Origin: Eledone cirrhosa
Lineage: Eukaryota
Reading direction: 5' to 3'
Assembly: GCA_964016885.1 (NCBI GenBank)
Contig: OZ024747.1
Span: 6,014,001-6,078,000, forward strand
Length of the DNA stretch: 64,000 bases
The notes under the pieces are model-generated. The model was given only the letters and a program-made list of their open reading frames with translations, was not told the DNA's origin and made no database searches. A program made the translations under genes and the position numbers. Positions within the stretch are counted from its first letter, which is position 1, and each line of letters starts with the position of its first letter. Positions 1 through 12,496 of the stretch are shown here, piece after piece.

Positions 1-414
1 TCTAAATTCAAATTTAATTTCACTTATAGGCTTGGCATTGCAAGGATGTATGCAGCTGTGATTTGAGTTGTCACAGCTGTTCCTTCTTTCTGGTTGTACC
101 ATGGCTAGTTAATCACAAGGACCAACGTATTTCCTTTATGAAATAAAAACAACTTCTTGTGCAAATATTTATCAATTACAATTGTTTGGTACTGGACAGA
201 ATGTGAAGGAGTTTAACGCTATTTTTCTTGATCTTTAGAAAATATTATAAGAACTTAAAGAAATTTTGGAAACAAAATGAGAGGTAAAGTTGTTCTTTTT
301 ATTCTGATTATTTTATTCTGATTATTTTGTATTTGAGGAATCATGTTTGTGAGTTTAGCTAATTCCCTTCGTTAGTTTTGATGCTTACTCACAAGAATTA
401 TCATGAAGGTAGAC

Positions 415-582
415 TTCCAACCCGCCCGTCCCCTCAATCTATCTTATTTCTCATTCTTTCTTCCGATGAAGGACTAGCGTCCGAAACGTTAAGACCCTCT
501 TCCTGGTATATCAAGCGTTAACCCAATATATCCCTTCTATATACTGTACCAATTGTGTTGTTATTTCTGTTTACCTTTTACA
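415..582 (+). repeat. Penelope-like terminal repeat (pLTR) family copy containing a minimal hammerhead-like core
   Basis: Near-identical reverse-strand copies at 24674-24890 and 49462-49680; ends in a (CA)/(TA) microsatellite; contains CCGATGA-aGGACtagcGTCC-GAAACGTT at 463-490. Confidence 0.7.
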
Positions 583-583
583 T

Positions 584-631
<48 letters not shown>

Positions 632-648
632 GGGGGGAGGGAGGGAGG

Positions 649-689
<41 letters not shown>

Positions 690-704
690 GGAGAGAGAGA
701 GAGA

Positions 705-1040
705 TATGGTAAAGACCTCCTTCGTTCACGAATGAGCATGGGATTCTACCTAGAAGTTTACCCTCCTAGACATAATTCCGGGCAAGATTGTTTTATGGAA
801 GACCAGCAGTCGCCCAGTTGCCCCTCTCCATATCACTCATGTTATCCAAGGGAAAGGCAATGGTTGATACAAGTCGACACCAGTTATGTCCCAACTCATT
901 TCTACAGCTGAGTAAACCGGAGCAACATGAAATAAAGTGTCTTGCTCAAGGAAACAACGCATTAGCTGATCCAAGAATTGAACTCACAACCTCACGATTG
1001 CAAGCCCTGTGATCTAACCTCTAAGCCATGCGCCTTCAAA
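705..1040 (-). mobile_element. tRNA-derived SINE, family B (CORE-like body)
   Basis: Minus strand starts with A/B-box-like GCATGGCTTAG..GTGAGTTCAATTC, followed by TCCTTGAGCAAGACACTTTATTTC; related copies at about 9350-9680, 21060-21350, 35688-35930, 37733-37870, 42580-42715, 44940-45075. Confidence 0.75.
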
Positions 1041-1171
1041 CATATATACACGTGTGGGGGGGGGCGTGTGTGTGTGTGTGTGTGTGTGTGTGCAAAATGT
1101 AATAACAAAGCAAACGACACAGAACGATAAAGAGATATATTATTAGTTTCGCGCTTGATAGTAGGAAAGGG

Positions 1172-1207
1172 CTTTAACGTTTCGGACTCTAGTCCTTCAT
1201 CAGAAAA
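1172..1207 (-). ncRNA. Minimal type I hammerhead ribozyme-like motif
   Basis: Minus strand TTTT-CTGATGA-A-GGAC-TAGA-GTCC-GAAAC-GTT-AAAG: conserved core, 4-bp stem II, palindromic AACGTT at stem III. Confidence 0.7.
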
Positions 1208-1389
1208 TAGAATGAGAAATTAAAGAAGAGATATATAGATAGAGGAGAGTGGCAGTGATAGAAACGAAAAACAATTTTTAGAGAAAAAACATGTGTATTC
1301 ATATCGCCATCTCTTGAAAAACTGTTTATTCTGGCATTGTTGTGTGAGGAAACCAGTTGTTCTTGTTTTAATGGAGAACATATCGCCGG

Positions 1390-1665
1390 AAATGTAGGGT
1401 GACAGCGTGGTAGGTGAGGGGAAAGCCGGAAAGGTAGGGTGACTTGGTGGTAGGTGAGGGGGAAGCCGGAAAGGTAGGGTGACTGGGTGGTAGGTGAGGG
1501 GGAAGCCGGAAAGGTAGGGTGACAGCGTGGTAGGTGAGGGGGAAGCCGGAAAGGTAGGGTGACTGGGTGGTAGGTGAGGGGGAAGCCGGAAAGGTAGGGT
1601 GACAGCGTGGTAGGTGAGGGGAAAGCCGAAAAGGTAGGGTGATTGGGTGGTAGGTGAGGGGGAAA
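1390..1665. repeat. 40-bp minisatellite (about 7 copies) amplified from the Penelope ORF
   Basis: Unit GTAGGTGAGGGGGAAGCCGGAAAGGTAGGGTGACAGCGTG; minus strand encodes FPLTYHPxTLPF. Confidence 0.9.
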
Positions 1666-2149
1666 GGAAGGCGGGTGTTGCTGGTAGTGGTGGAGGGAGA
1701 GGGCTGTGGTACGGTCGGCTTCATGGGCGCGGGTGAGGGCAGCTTGAATCAGGTATGGAGGATATCCAAGCTGGATGAAGCGGGAAGCCATGTGATGGGA
1801 CTGAGTCTGGAAATCGTGGTCCGGGCTACAGAGCCGACGAAAATGGAGGAATTGGGAGGAGGGTATAGAGAGTTTGGTGTGGGTGGGGTGGGAGGTGGTG
1901 AAGTCAATGTAGGAGTGGGAATCAGTGGGCTTATAATAGATGGAAGTAGAGCGTGTGTGGTGAGTGTGGTCGATAGAGGGAGAGATGTTGAGGCACTGAA
2001 GAGTTGGAGACAGAGGTGAGTGTAAGATGAAAAGATTGGACAAAAGACAAAGGAGTGGAGCTGTTCACGAGAGAGAGGTGGAGCTGATGTAACGGCCAAA
2101 TAGCTCAGTATCAAGGCCTCAACATAGCCTCAACGAATAAATTGGAGTA

Positions 2150-2380
2150 GTTAGGGCCCACTCTGGTACTCATGGTTACCCCTGGGGCCCACTCTGGTAT
2201 CCATGGCTACCCCTAGGGCCCATTCTGGTACCCATGGCTACCCCATATATACAAACTGATGTCTTATGATAGGAAATTAGCTTGTCGAGCCTTTCCTGGA
2301 CTAAAGTACATTAAGGTACAACTAAGGTACATTAAGGTACACCTGAGGTACATTAAGGTACACCTGAGGTACATTAAGGT
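2150..2380. repeat. Two short tandem repeats (about 32-bp unit x3, then 10/20-bp AAGGTACATT/CACCTG units)
   Basis: GGGCCCACTCTGGTACTCATGGTTACCCCT repeated at 2154-2245; AAGGTACA repeats at 2324-2380. Confidence 0.8.
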
Positions 2381-2694
2381 GCCACGTGCCTGTTAAGATG
2401 AAAGAAAAAAAAGTATTTCATTCGAAATAGTTTTAAAGTAGATGAAGATATGTTGGGTGGAATTTTGTTGACTAAAATGTACTGTATCAGTGATTGAAGA
2501 CACTAGTCTTACCACACTGAGAATCTGCCTGATAATTACGTTAGCTGGAATGCTCAGCCACTTGCACGTTATTATCATGAACAGCCCCTTCCTTTGATTG
2601 AAGAACTGAAACACTCAGTACCGAAATAGACGGAGATCCATTCCAATTCCTTCTTCTTTTCATACTCTCATCATGTCCAATGATTAGTAAATAT

Positions 2695-5600
2695 GCGATG
2701 AACAGTTATGATATAGACGTGTGGCTATGTAAACAATTATGATATAGACGTGTGGCTATGTAAACAATTATGATATAGACGTGTGGCTATGTGAACAGTT
2801 ATCATATAGACGTGTTGCTATGTGAACAGTTATGATATAGACGTGTGGCTATGTGAACAGTTATGATATAGACGTGTTGCTATGTGAACAGTTATGATAT
2901 AGACGTGTGGCTATGTGAACAGTTATGATATAGACGTGTGACTATGTGAACAGTTATGATATAGACGTGTGGCTATGTAAACAGTTATGATATAGACGTG
3001 TGGCTATGTAAACAGTTATGATATAGACGTGTGGCTATGTAAACAATTATGATATAGACGTGTGGCTATGTGAACAGTTATGATATAGACGTGTGGCTAC
3101 GTGAACAGTTATGATATAGAGGTGTTGCTATGTGAACAGTTATGATATAGACGTGTGGCTATGTGAACAGTTATGATATAGACGTGTTGCTATGTGAACA
3201 GTTATGATATAGACGTGTGGCTATGTGAACAGTTATGATATAGACGTGTTGCTATGTGAACAGTTATGATATAGACGTGTGGCTATGTAAACAGTTATGA
3301 TATAGATGTGTGGCTATGTGAACAGTTATGATATAGACGTGTGGCTACGTGAACAGTTATGATATAGGCGTGTTGCTATGTGAACAGTTATGATATAGAC
3401 GTGTGACTACGTGAACAGTTATGATATAGACGTGTGGCTATGTAAACAGTTATGATATAGACGTGTGACTATGTGAACAGTTATGATATAGACGTGTGAC
3501 TACGTGAACAGTTATGATATAAACGTGTGACTACGGGAACAGTTATGATATAGACGTGTTGCTATGTAAACAGTTATGATATAGACGTGTGACTACGTGA
3601 ACAGTTATGATATAGACGTGTTGCTATGTGAACATTTATGATATATACGTGTTGCTATGTGAACAGTTATGATATAGACGTGTGACTATGTGAACAGTTA
3701 TGATATAGACGTGTGACTACGTGAACAGTTATGATATAGACGTGTGGCTAAGTAAACAGTTATGATATAGACGTCTGACTATGTAAACAGTTATGATATA
3801 GACGTGTGGCTATGTAAACAGTTATGATATAGACGTGTGGCTATGTAAACAATTATGATATAGACGTGTGGCTATGTGAACAGTTATGATATAGACGTGT
3901 GGCTACGTGAACAGTTATGATATAGAGGTGTTGCTATGTGAACAGTTATGATATAGACGTGTGGCTATGTGAACAGTTATGATATAGACGTGTTGCTATG
4001 TGAACAGTTATGATATAGACGTGTGGCTATGTGAACAGTTATGATATAGACGTGTTGCTATGTGAACAGTTATGATATAGACGTGTGGCTATGTAAACAG
4101 TTATGATATAGATGTGTGGCTATGTGAACAGTTATGATATAGACGTGTGGCTACGTGAACAGTTATGATATAGGCGTGTTGCTATGTGAACAGTTATGAT
4201 ATAGACGTGTGACTACGTGAACAGTTATGATATAGACGTGTGGCTATGTAAACAGTTATGATATAGACGTGTGACTATGTGAACAGTTATGATATAGACG
4301 TGTGACTACGTGAACAGTTATGATATAAACGTGTGACTACGGGAACAGTTATGATATAGACGTGTTGCTATGTAAACAGTTATGATATAGACGTGTGACT
4401 ACGTGAACAGTTATGATATAGACGTGTTGCTATGTGAACATTTATGATATATACGTGTTGCTATGTGAACAGTTATGATATAGACGTGTGACTATGTGAA
4501 CAGTTATGATATAGACGTGTGACTACGTGAACAGTTATGATATAGACGTGTGGCTAAGTAAACAGTTATGATATAGACGTCTGACTATGTAAACAGTTAT
4601 GATATAGACGTGTGACTACGTGAACAGTTATGATATAGACGTGTGGCTATGTGAACAGTTATGATATAGACGTGTGACTATGTGAACAGTTATGATATAG
4701 ACGTGTTGCTATGTGAACAGTTATGATATAGACGTGTTGCTATGTGAACATTTATGATATAGACGTGTTGCTACGTGTGGCTATGTAAACAGTTATGATA
4801 TAGACGTGTGACTACGTGAACAGTTATGATATAGACGTGTGACTATGTTAATAGTTATGATATAGACGTGTGACTATGTGTGGCTACGTGAACAGTTATG
4901 ATATAGACGTGTTGCTATGTGAACAGTTATGATATAGACGTGTGGATATGTGAACAGTTATGATATAGACGTGTGACTATGTGAACAGTTATGATATAGA
5001 CGTGTGACTACGTGAACAGTTATGATATAGACGTGTGGCTATGTGAACAGTTATGATATAGACGTGTGGCTATGTGAACAGTTATCATATAGACGTGTTG
5101 CTATGTGAACAGTTATTATATAGACGTGTGGCTATGTGAACAGTTATGATATAGACGTGTTGCTATGTGAACAGTTATGATATAGACGTGTGGCTATGTG
5201 AACAGTTATGATATAGACGTGTCACTATGTGAACAGTTATGATATAGACGTGTGACTATGTGAACAGTTATGATATAGACGTGTGGCTATGTAAACAGTT
5301 ATGATATAGACGTGTGGCTATGTAAACAGTTATGATATAGACGTGTGGCTATGTAAACAGTTATGATATAGACGTGTGGCTATGTGAACAGTTATGATAT
5401 AGACGTGTGGCTACGTGAACAGTTATGATATAGAGGTGTTGCTATGTGAACAGTTATGATATAGACGTGTGGCTATGTGAACAGTTATGATATAGACGTG
5501 TGGCTATGTGAACAGTTATGATATAGACGTGTGGCTATGTGAACAGTTATGATATAGACGTGTGGCTATGTGAACAGTTATGATATAGACGTGTGACTAC

Positions 5601-8600
5601 GGGAACAGTTATGATATAGACGTGTGGCTACGTGAACAGTTATGATATAGAGGTGTTGCTATGTGAACAGTTATGATATAGACGTGTGGCTATGTGAACA
5701 GTTATCATATAGACGTGTTGCTATGTGAACAGTTATGATATAGACGTGTGGCTATGTGAACAGTTATTATATAGACGTGTTGCTATGTGAACAGTTATGA
5801 TATAGACGTGTGGCTATGTGAACAGTTATGATATAGACGTGTGACTATGTGAACAGTTATGATATAGACGTGTGACTATGTGAACAGTTATGATATAGAC
5901 GTGTGGCTATGTAAACAGTTATGATATAGACGTGTGGCTATGTAAACAGTTATGATATAGACGTGTGGCTATGTAAACAGTTATGATATAGACGTGCGGC
6001 TATGTGAACAGTTATGATATAGACGTGTGGCTACGTGAACAGTTATGATATAGGGGTGTTGCTATGTGAACAGTTATGATATAGACGTGTGGCTATGTGA
6101 ACAGTTATGATATAGACGTGTTGCTATGTGAACAGTTATGATATAGACGTGTGGCTATGTGAACAGTTATGATATAGACGTGTTGCTATGTGAACAGTTA
6201 TGATATAGACGTGTGGCTATGTAAACAGTTATGATATAGATGTGTGGCTATGTGAACAGTTATGATATAGACGTGTGGCTACGTGAACAGTTATGATATA
6301 GACGTGTTGCTATGTGAACAGTTATGATATAGACGTGTGACTACGTGAACAGTTATGATATAGACGTGTGGCTATGTAAACAGTTATGATATAGACGTGT
6401 GACTATGTGAACAGTTATGATATAGACGTGTGACTACGTGAACAGTTATGATATAAACATGTGACTACGGGAACAGTTATGATATAGACGTGTTGCTATG
6501 TAAACAGTTATGATATAGACGTGTGACTACGTGAACAGTTATGATATAAACGTGTGACTACGTGAACAGTTATGATATAGACGTGTTGCTATGTGAACAT
6601 TTATGATATATACGTGCTGCTATGTGAACAGTTATGATATAGACGTGTGACTATGTGAACAGTTATGATATAGACGTGTGACTACGTGAACAGTTATGAT
6701 ATAGACGTGTGACTAAGTAAACAGTTATGATATAGACGTCTGACTATGTAAACAGTTATGATATAGACGTGTGACTACGTGAACAGTTATGATATAGACG
6801 TGTGGCTATGTGAACAGTTATGATATAGACGTGTGACTATGTGAACAGTTATGATATAGACGTGTGACTACGTGAACAGTTATGATATAGACGTGTTGCT
6901 ATGTGAACAGTTATGATATAGACGTGTTGCTATGTGAACATTTATGATATAGACGTGTTGCTACGTGTGGCTATGTAAACAGTTATGATATAGACGTGTG
7001 ACTACGTGAACAGTTATGATATAGACGTGTGACTATGTTAATAGTTATGATATAGACGTGTGACTATGTGTGGCTACGTGAACAGTTATGATATAGACGT
7101 GTTGCTATGTGAACAGTTATGATATAGACGTGTGGATATGTGAACAGTTATGATATAGACGTGTGACTATGTGAACAGTTATGATATAGACGTGTGACTA
7201 CGTGAACAGTTATGATATAGACGTGTGGCTATGTGAACAGTTATGATATAGACGGGTGGCTATGTGAACAGTTATGATATAGACGTGTGACTACGTGAAC
7301 AGTTATGATATAGACGTGTGGCTATGTGAACAGTTATGATATAGACGTGTGGCTATGTGAACAGTTATGATATAGACGTGTTGCTATGTAAACAGTTATG
7401 ATATAGACGTGTGACTACGGGAACAGTTATGATATAGACGTGTGACTACGTGAACAGTTATGATATAGACGTGTGACTATGTGAACAGTTATGATATAGA
7501 CGTGTGACTATGTGAACAGTTATGATATAGACGTGTGACTATGTGAACAGTTATGATATAGACGTGTGACTACGTGAACAGTTATGATATAGACGTGTGG
7601 ATATGTGAACAGTTATGATATAGACGTGTGACTATGTGAACAGTTATGATATAGACGTGTGACTACGTGAACAGTTATGATATAGACGTGTGGCTATGTG
7701 AACAGTTATGATATAGACGGGTGGCTATGTGAACAGTTATGATATAGACGTGTGACTACGTGAACAGTTATGATATAGACGTGTGGCTATGTGAACAGTT
7801 ATGATATAGACGTGTGGCTATGTGAACAGTTATGATATAGACGTGTTGCTATGTAAACAGTTATGATATAGACGTGTGACTACGGGAACAGTTATGATAT
7901 AGACGTGTGACTACGTGAACAGTTATGATATAGACGTGTGACTATGTGAACAGTTATGATATAGACGTGTGACTATGTGAACAGTTATGATATAGACGTG
8001 TGACTACGTGAACAGTTATGATATAGACGTGTGGCTATGTAAACAGTTATGATATAGACGTGTTGCTACGTGAACAGTTATGATATAGACGTGTGTCTAT
8101 GTAAACAGTTAAGATATAGACATGTGGCTATGTGAACGGTTATGATATAGAGGTGTGGCTATGTGAACAGTTATGATATAGACGTGTTGCTATGTGAACA
8201 GTTATGATATAGACGTGTTGCTATGTGAACAGTTATGATATAGACGTGTGACTATGTAAAGAGTTATGATATAGACGTGTGACTATGTAAACAGTTATGA
8301 TATAGACGTGTGGCTATGTGAACAGTTATGATATAGACGTGTGACTACGTGAACAGTTATGATATAGACGTGTGACTACGTGAACAGTTATGATATAGAC
8401 GTGTGACTACGTGAACAGTTATGATATAGACGTGTGGCTATGTGAACAGTTATGATATAGACGTGTGACTATGTAAACAGTTATGATATAGACGTGTTGC
8501 TATGTGAACAGTTATGATATAGACGTGTGACTATGTGAACAGTTATGATATAGACGTGTGACTACGTGAACAGTTATGATATAGACGTGTGGCTATGTGA

Positions 8601-8922
8601 ACAGTTATGATATAGACGTGTGACTATGTGTTGCTATGTGAACAGTTATGATATAGACGTGTGACTACGTGAACAGTTATGATATAGACGTGTGACTATG
8701 TGAACAGTTATGATATAGACGTGTGACTATGTGAACAGTTATGATATAGACGTGTGACTACGTGAACAGTTATGATATAGACGTGTGACTATGTGAACAG
8801 TTATGATATAGACGTGTGACTATGTGAACAGTTATGATATAGACGTGTGACTACGGGAACAGTTATGATATAGACGTGTGACTACGTGAACAGTTATGAT
8901 ATAGACGTGTGACTACGTGTGA
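2695..8922. repeat. 31-bp tandem satellite, about 200 copies
   Basis: Consensus GTGAACAGTTATGATATAGACGTGTGGCTAT; variation concentrated in the GTG(G/A)/GTTG CTA(T/C)GT(G/A)A part; no unique spacers. Confidence 0.98.
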
Positions 8923-9874
8923 TTAAGCAATGTTTAGAATTCTTGTAATGGTAATTACGGAATTGAATAATTAATTCAAGTTCTTAAGGTGGAAAAAACC
9001 CACCTAATTTGAGATAGTCATTAAAGTAGATCAAAATTGTGATCCAATTGGTAAAAGATTGAGTATGTAATAATGATTTCTAATTTTAAATTAGCATTTT
9101 GTAACAGGTTAAGTGATTATATTATCAAGATTGTGAACAGAGTAATTTAATAGGTTCTTAACTAAACAGAAAGGTAAATATATATATTCAGAGAAGATAA
9201 AATTAGATGCAGTCTTCTTGTGGCTTGTGAAAATCTATTAGAGTGAAATAAACGAGTCCTATCCAGAAATTGAAAGGACTCCGATGGCTAGGACATTATG
9301 TTTTACTGTAAAATGATTTTTCATTCATCAGGAAAGAGTTTTAAAAGAGTAAAGACCTCCTTGGTTCAAGAATAACCATGGGATTTGTGCCTGGTAAGTT
9401 CTCTTCGGAGGCACAAATCTGGGCAATGTGTTTTCTTTTTTTTTTGTGTGGAAAACTAGCAGTCTCTCATCTCCACATCACAGATGATTTCCAGGGGAAA
9501 GACAAAGGTCAATACAGCTTGGCACCAGGAACTTGGTAAATAATTTTTTTTCAGCTGAGCGAACTAGAACAATATGAAATAAATTGTTTTACTGAAGGGT
9601 ACAACACATCACCCCGTCCGGGAATCGAACACACAACCTCACGGTTGTACGCCTAACAATGTAACCACTAAGTCACACGCATTTACAATCGAAAAATTTG
9701 CTGATTTCAACTGCGACAATATTTCTTTGGCCAAGATGTGGCTCAATGGAAGATGTGGCTCAATGGAAACCATACAAGAGTTCCAAACTGATGAGGGGGG
9801 GTGAGAGGACGAGGCGGGGTGTTTATATTTGCTCTTATTAGATATTTGGGGAGAGGAGAGCAACAGATAGTAAG

Positions 9875-10252
9875 TTAGCAATCAGAGGTATTGGGTGAGA
9901 GGAGACGATAGGTAATATGTTAGCAATCAGAAATATTGGGTGAGAGGAGAGCGAGAGATAATATGTTAGCAATCAGAGGTAATAGGTGAGAGGAGAGCGT
10001 GAGATAATATATTAGCAATCAGAGATATTGGGTGAGAGGAGAGCGAGAGATAATATGTTAGCAATCAGAGGTATTGGGTGAGAGGAGAGCGAGAGATAAT
10101 ATGTTAGCAATCAGAGATATTGGGTGAGAAGAGAGCGAGAGATAATATATTAGCAATCAAAGGTATTGGGTGAGAGGAGAGCGAGAGATAATATGTTAGC
10201 AATCAGAGGTAATGGGTGAGAGGAGAGCGTGAGATAATATGTTAGCAATCAA
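9875..10252. repeat. 46-bp minisatellite, about 8 copies
   Basis: Unit TTAGCAATCAGAGGTATTGGGTGAGAGGAGAGCGAGAGATAATATG. Confidence 0.95.
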
Positions 10253-10315
10253 AAGGATTAGACTTCTTGAGCATCGTACACATTATGGTGTATTTTCAAA
10301 GGGTATATATACTTG

Positions 10316-10377
<62 letters not shown>

Positions 10378-10868
10378 TACATACATTATTATATATATAT
10401 ATATATGAAAAAATGGGGAGAAGAATACTGCAGGTTGCACATGGATAACATGTTATAAAATGAGTCCCTCATCAGTGATTTGCCAACGATCATAGATATT
10501 TCATTGCATTAAAAATCATATACCTCACGTTGGTGCAATAATAACTAAATTAAGTTATTAGGACAATTAAAACGCGTAAAGCGAGTGAGACAAGTAAACA
10601 ACAAAGAGGAAAGCTAACCGTAGATAGGAAGGGAACAAGCTACATAGTTATTCTGTTAGCATAAGCTAGGTGAATATATGAGCGCTTAGAAAAAAGACCT
10701 TTCGAGATGAATCCAAATGTAAGAAAGAAGGAAAATGTATTCGTCGCGAACGGGGTGAAGTGAGAAGGGGAGAAACAGTGAGTGAGTGAGTGGAAGTGTG
10801 AGGAAGAGTTAACTGACATGACAGAGGGGGCGAAAGAAAGTAGGAGAAACAGAGAGAACGAGGGAGCA

Positions 10869-10930
<62 letters not shown>

Positions 10931-11075
10931 TCAAGCAGAGACGTTATCTCTGTCTGGTGACCGATCCAGACGTATATTATATTATTATCGGCTGGGATCC
11001 AGAAACTGGATCCAGCACTCTTTTTTCCTTTGCTTTTCCTTCGGAATTACCTAACACACACACACACACACATAA

Positions 11076-11113
<38 letters not shown>

Positions 11114-11120
11114 CTATATC

Positions 11121-11229
<109 letters not shown>

Positions 11230-11999
11230 CATGATCAAGCAATATATAGTTACGCACACAGATGTGTTCGCTTATATAGTTCCAAAAGGTAAAAAGCTAT
11301 TTACATACATGCACGAAATCAAACACAAATGCACACATATAAATATATACATGAATGCGTATACATACCTTTAGATATAGTCACATGGGCACACATGTGT
11401 ATACATACGAATGTCTATATGCTTAGGTGATAGGTTGTCTTTTGTGGTTGCTTACGTTATTGGTTTAAATGGTAGTTATACAGACTAGCGTGCGTGGACG
11501 AGATAGTTGGGTGGTTCTTTGTAAAAGATTTAAGCTAATGATGTTCGTGCTTGAAGTTCTGTTTATAAAGCGGGTAATAGTTATTTGTATCGAACTTTGC
11601 GAAAGAGTAGTTTTGTTTGTGATTTATCAGTTCAACTAACAAGAAACCAGTAGCCAAATCTTTCTTAAACTTATATAAAATTTCCTTAGCTACTCTCGGG
11701 TCCCAGATGATAGGTGGGGTGGAATAAGCGGAAGGGTTAGAAAATCGGTATTTTTTCTAGGTCATCGCCGTTGATTTGTTAAAAAACAGAATTAGTCGTT
11801 TAGATTGCATATTGAGACCCCCAACCCACCCTGTTTATTTTATAACATATGGGATTTCTAATAATATACTTTTTTCGTCATGTATAATGCATAATGTTGT
11901 TGTTGTTTTTTTAATGTATAAAGAAAATTAATTGTCGCAGGAATGCTACCACTTAAAATAAAATTTCGCGCGCACACTTTTAACACAAACGCACTGAAA

Positions 12000-12290
12000 G
12001 TTTCATACTCTACCCAACTCGCCACTTTTGACAAAACACTATCAATTGCCATCTACAAAATACATACATACCATATACAGAACCCAACATTCTGCAACCC
12101 TTAAAACTCTCCCTAAAATATATATATACTGACATAAAGACACCATAAGTAACAACGAAGCTCATCAGAAAACTACTACATAGGACTAACCTCCAACAAC
12201 TTCAATCCACGACAAAACCAACACCTAACCTTATTCAGAACATTATCAACGGATTAGCAAAACTAATAAAATACATGAACCCTTAAAAAA
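12000..12290 (+). pseudogene. Degraded Penelope-like GIY-YIG endonuclease fragment
   Basis: 12171-12203 translates NYYIGLTSNNF (YIG motif); upstream SYST resembles the PLE linker; no continuous ORF. Confidence 0.45.
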
Positions 12291-12496
12291 GTGTTGACGC
12301 CCACTTACTTTATGAAATATGTGAATGTGTATTTATATAATGTGGGTGACGACGACCAATAAAACCGCTACCACCAACACCGACATCACTACCATCACCC
12401 ACCACCACCACCTCCACCTCCAACACCACCACCACCACTCTTTATGATTCAGTTTCGACTTCAGCTTCTTTATTTGACGAAATGTTTTTACTAAAT

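Larger units (their letters stand above)
1095..2125 (-). mobile_element. Penelope-like retroelement fragment (RT C-terminal/thumb region plus 3' pLTR)
   Basis: ORF 1189-2043 contains TSIYYKPTDSHSYIDFTTSHPTHTKLSIPSSQFLHFRRLCS..FIQLGYP, matching the PLE YxKPT..YL..S.HP...K.SIP.SQ..R..R.CS motif; it runs into a hammerhead-bearing repeat at 1172-1207. Confidence 0.85.

Noticed and set aside
2695-8922. CRISPR-like appearance of the 31-bp array (constant part plus variable part)
   Set aside because: The variable part has only a few substitution states, there are no unique spacers or cas genes, and the context is eukaryotic
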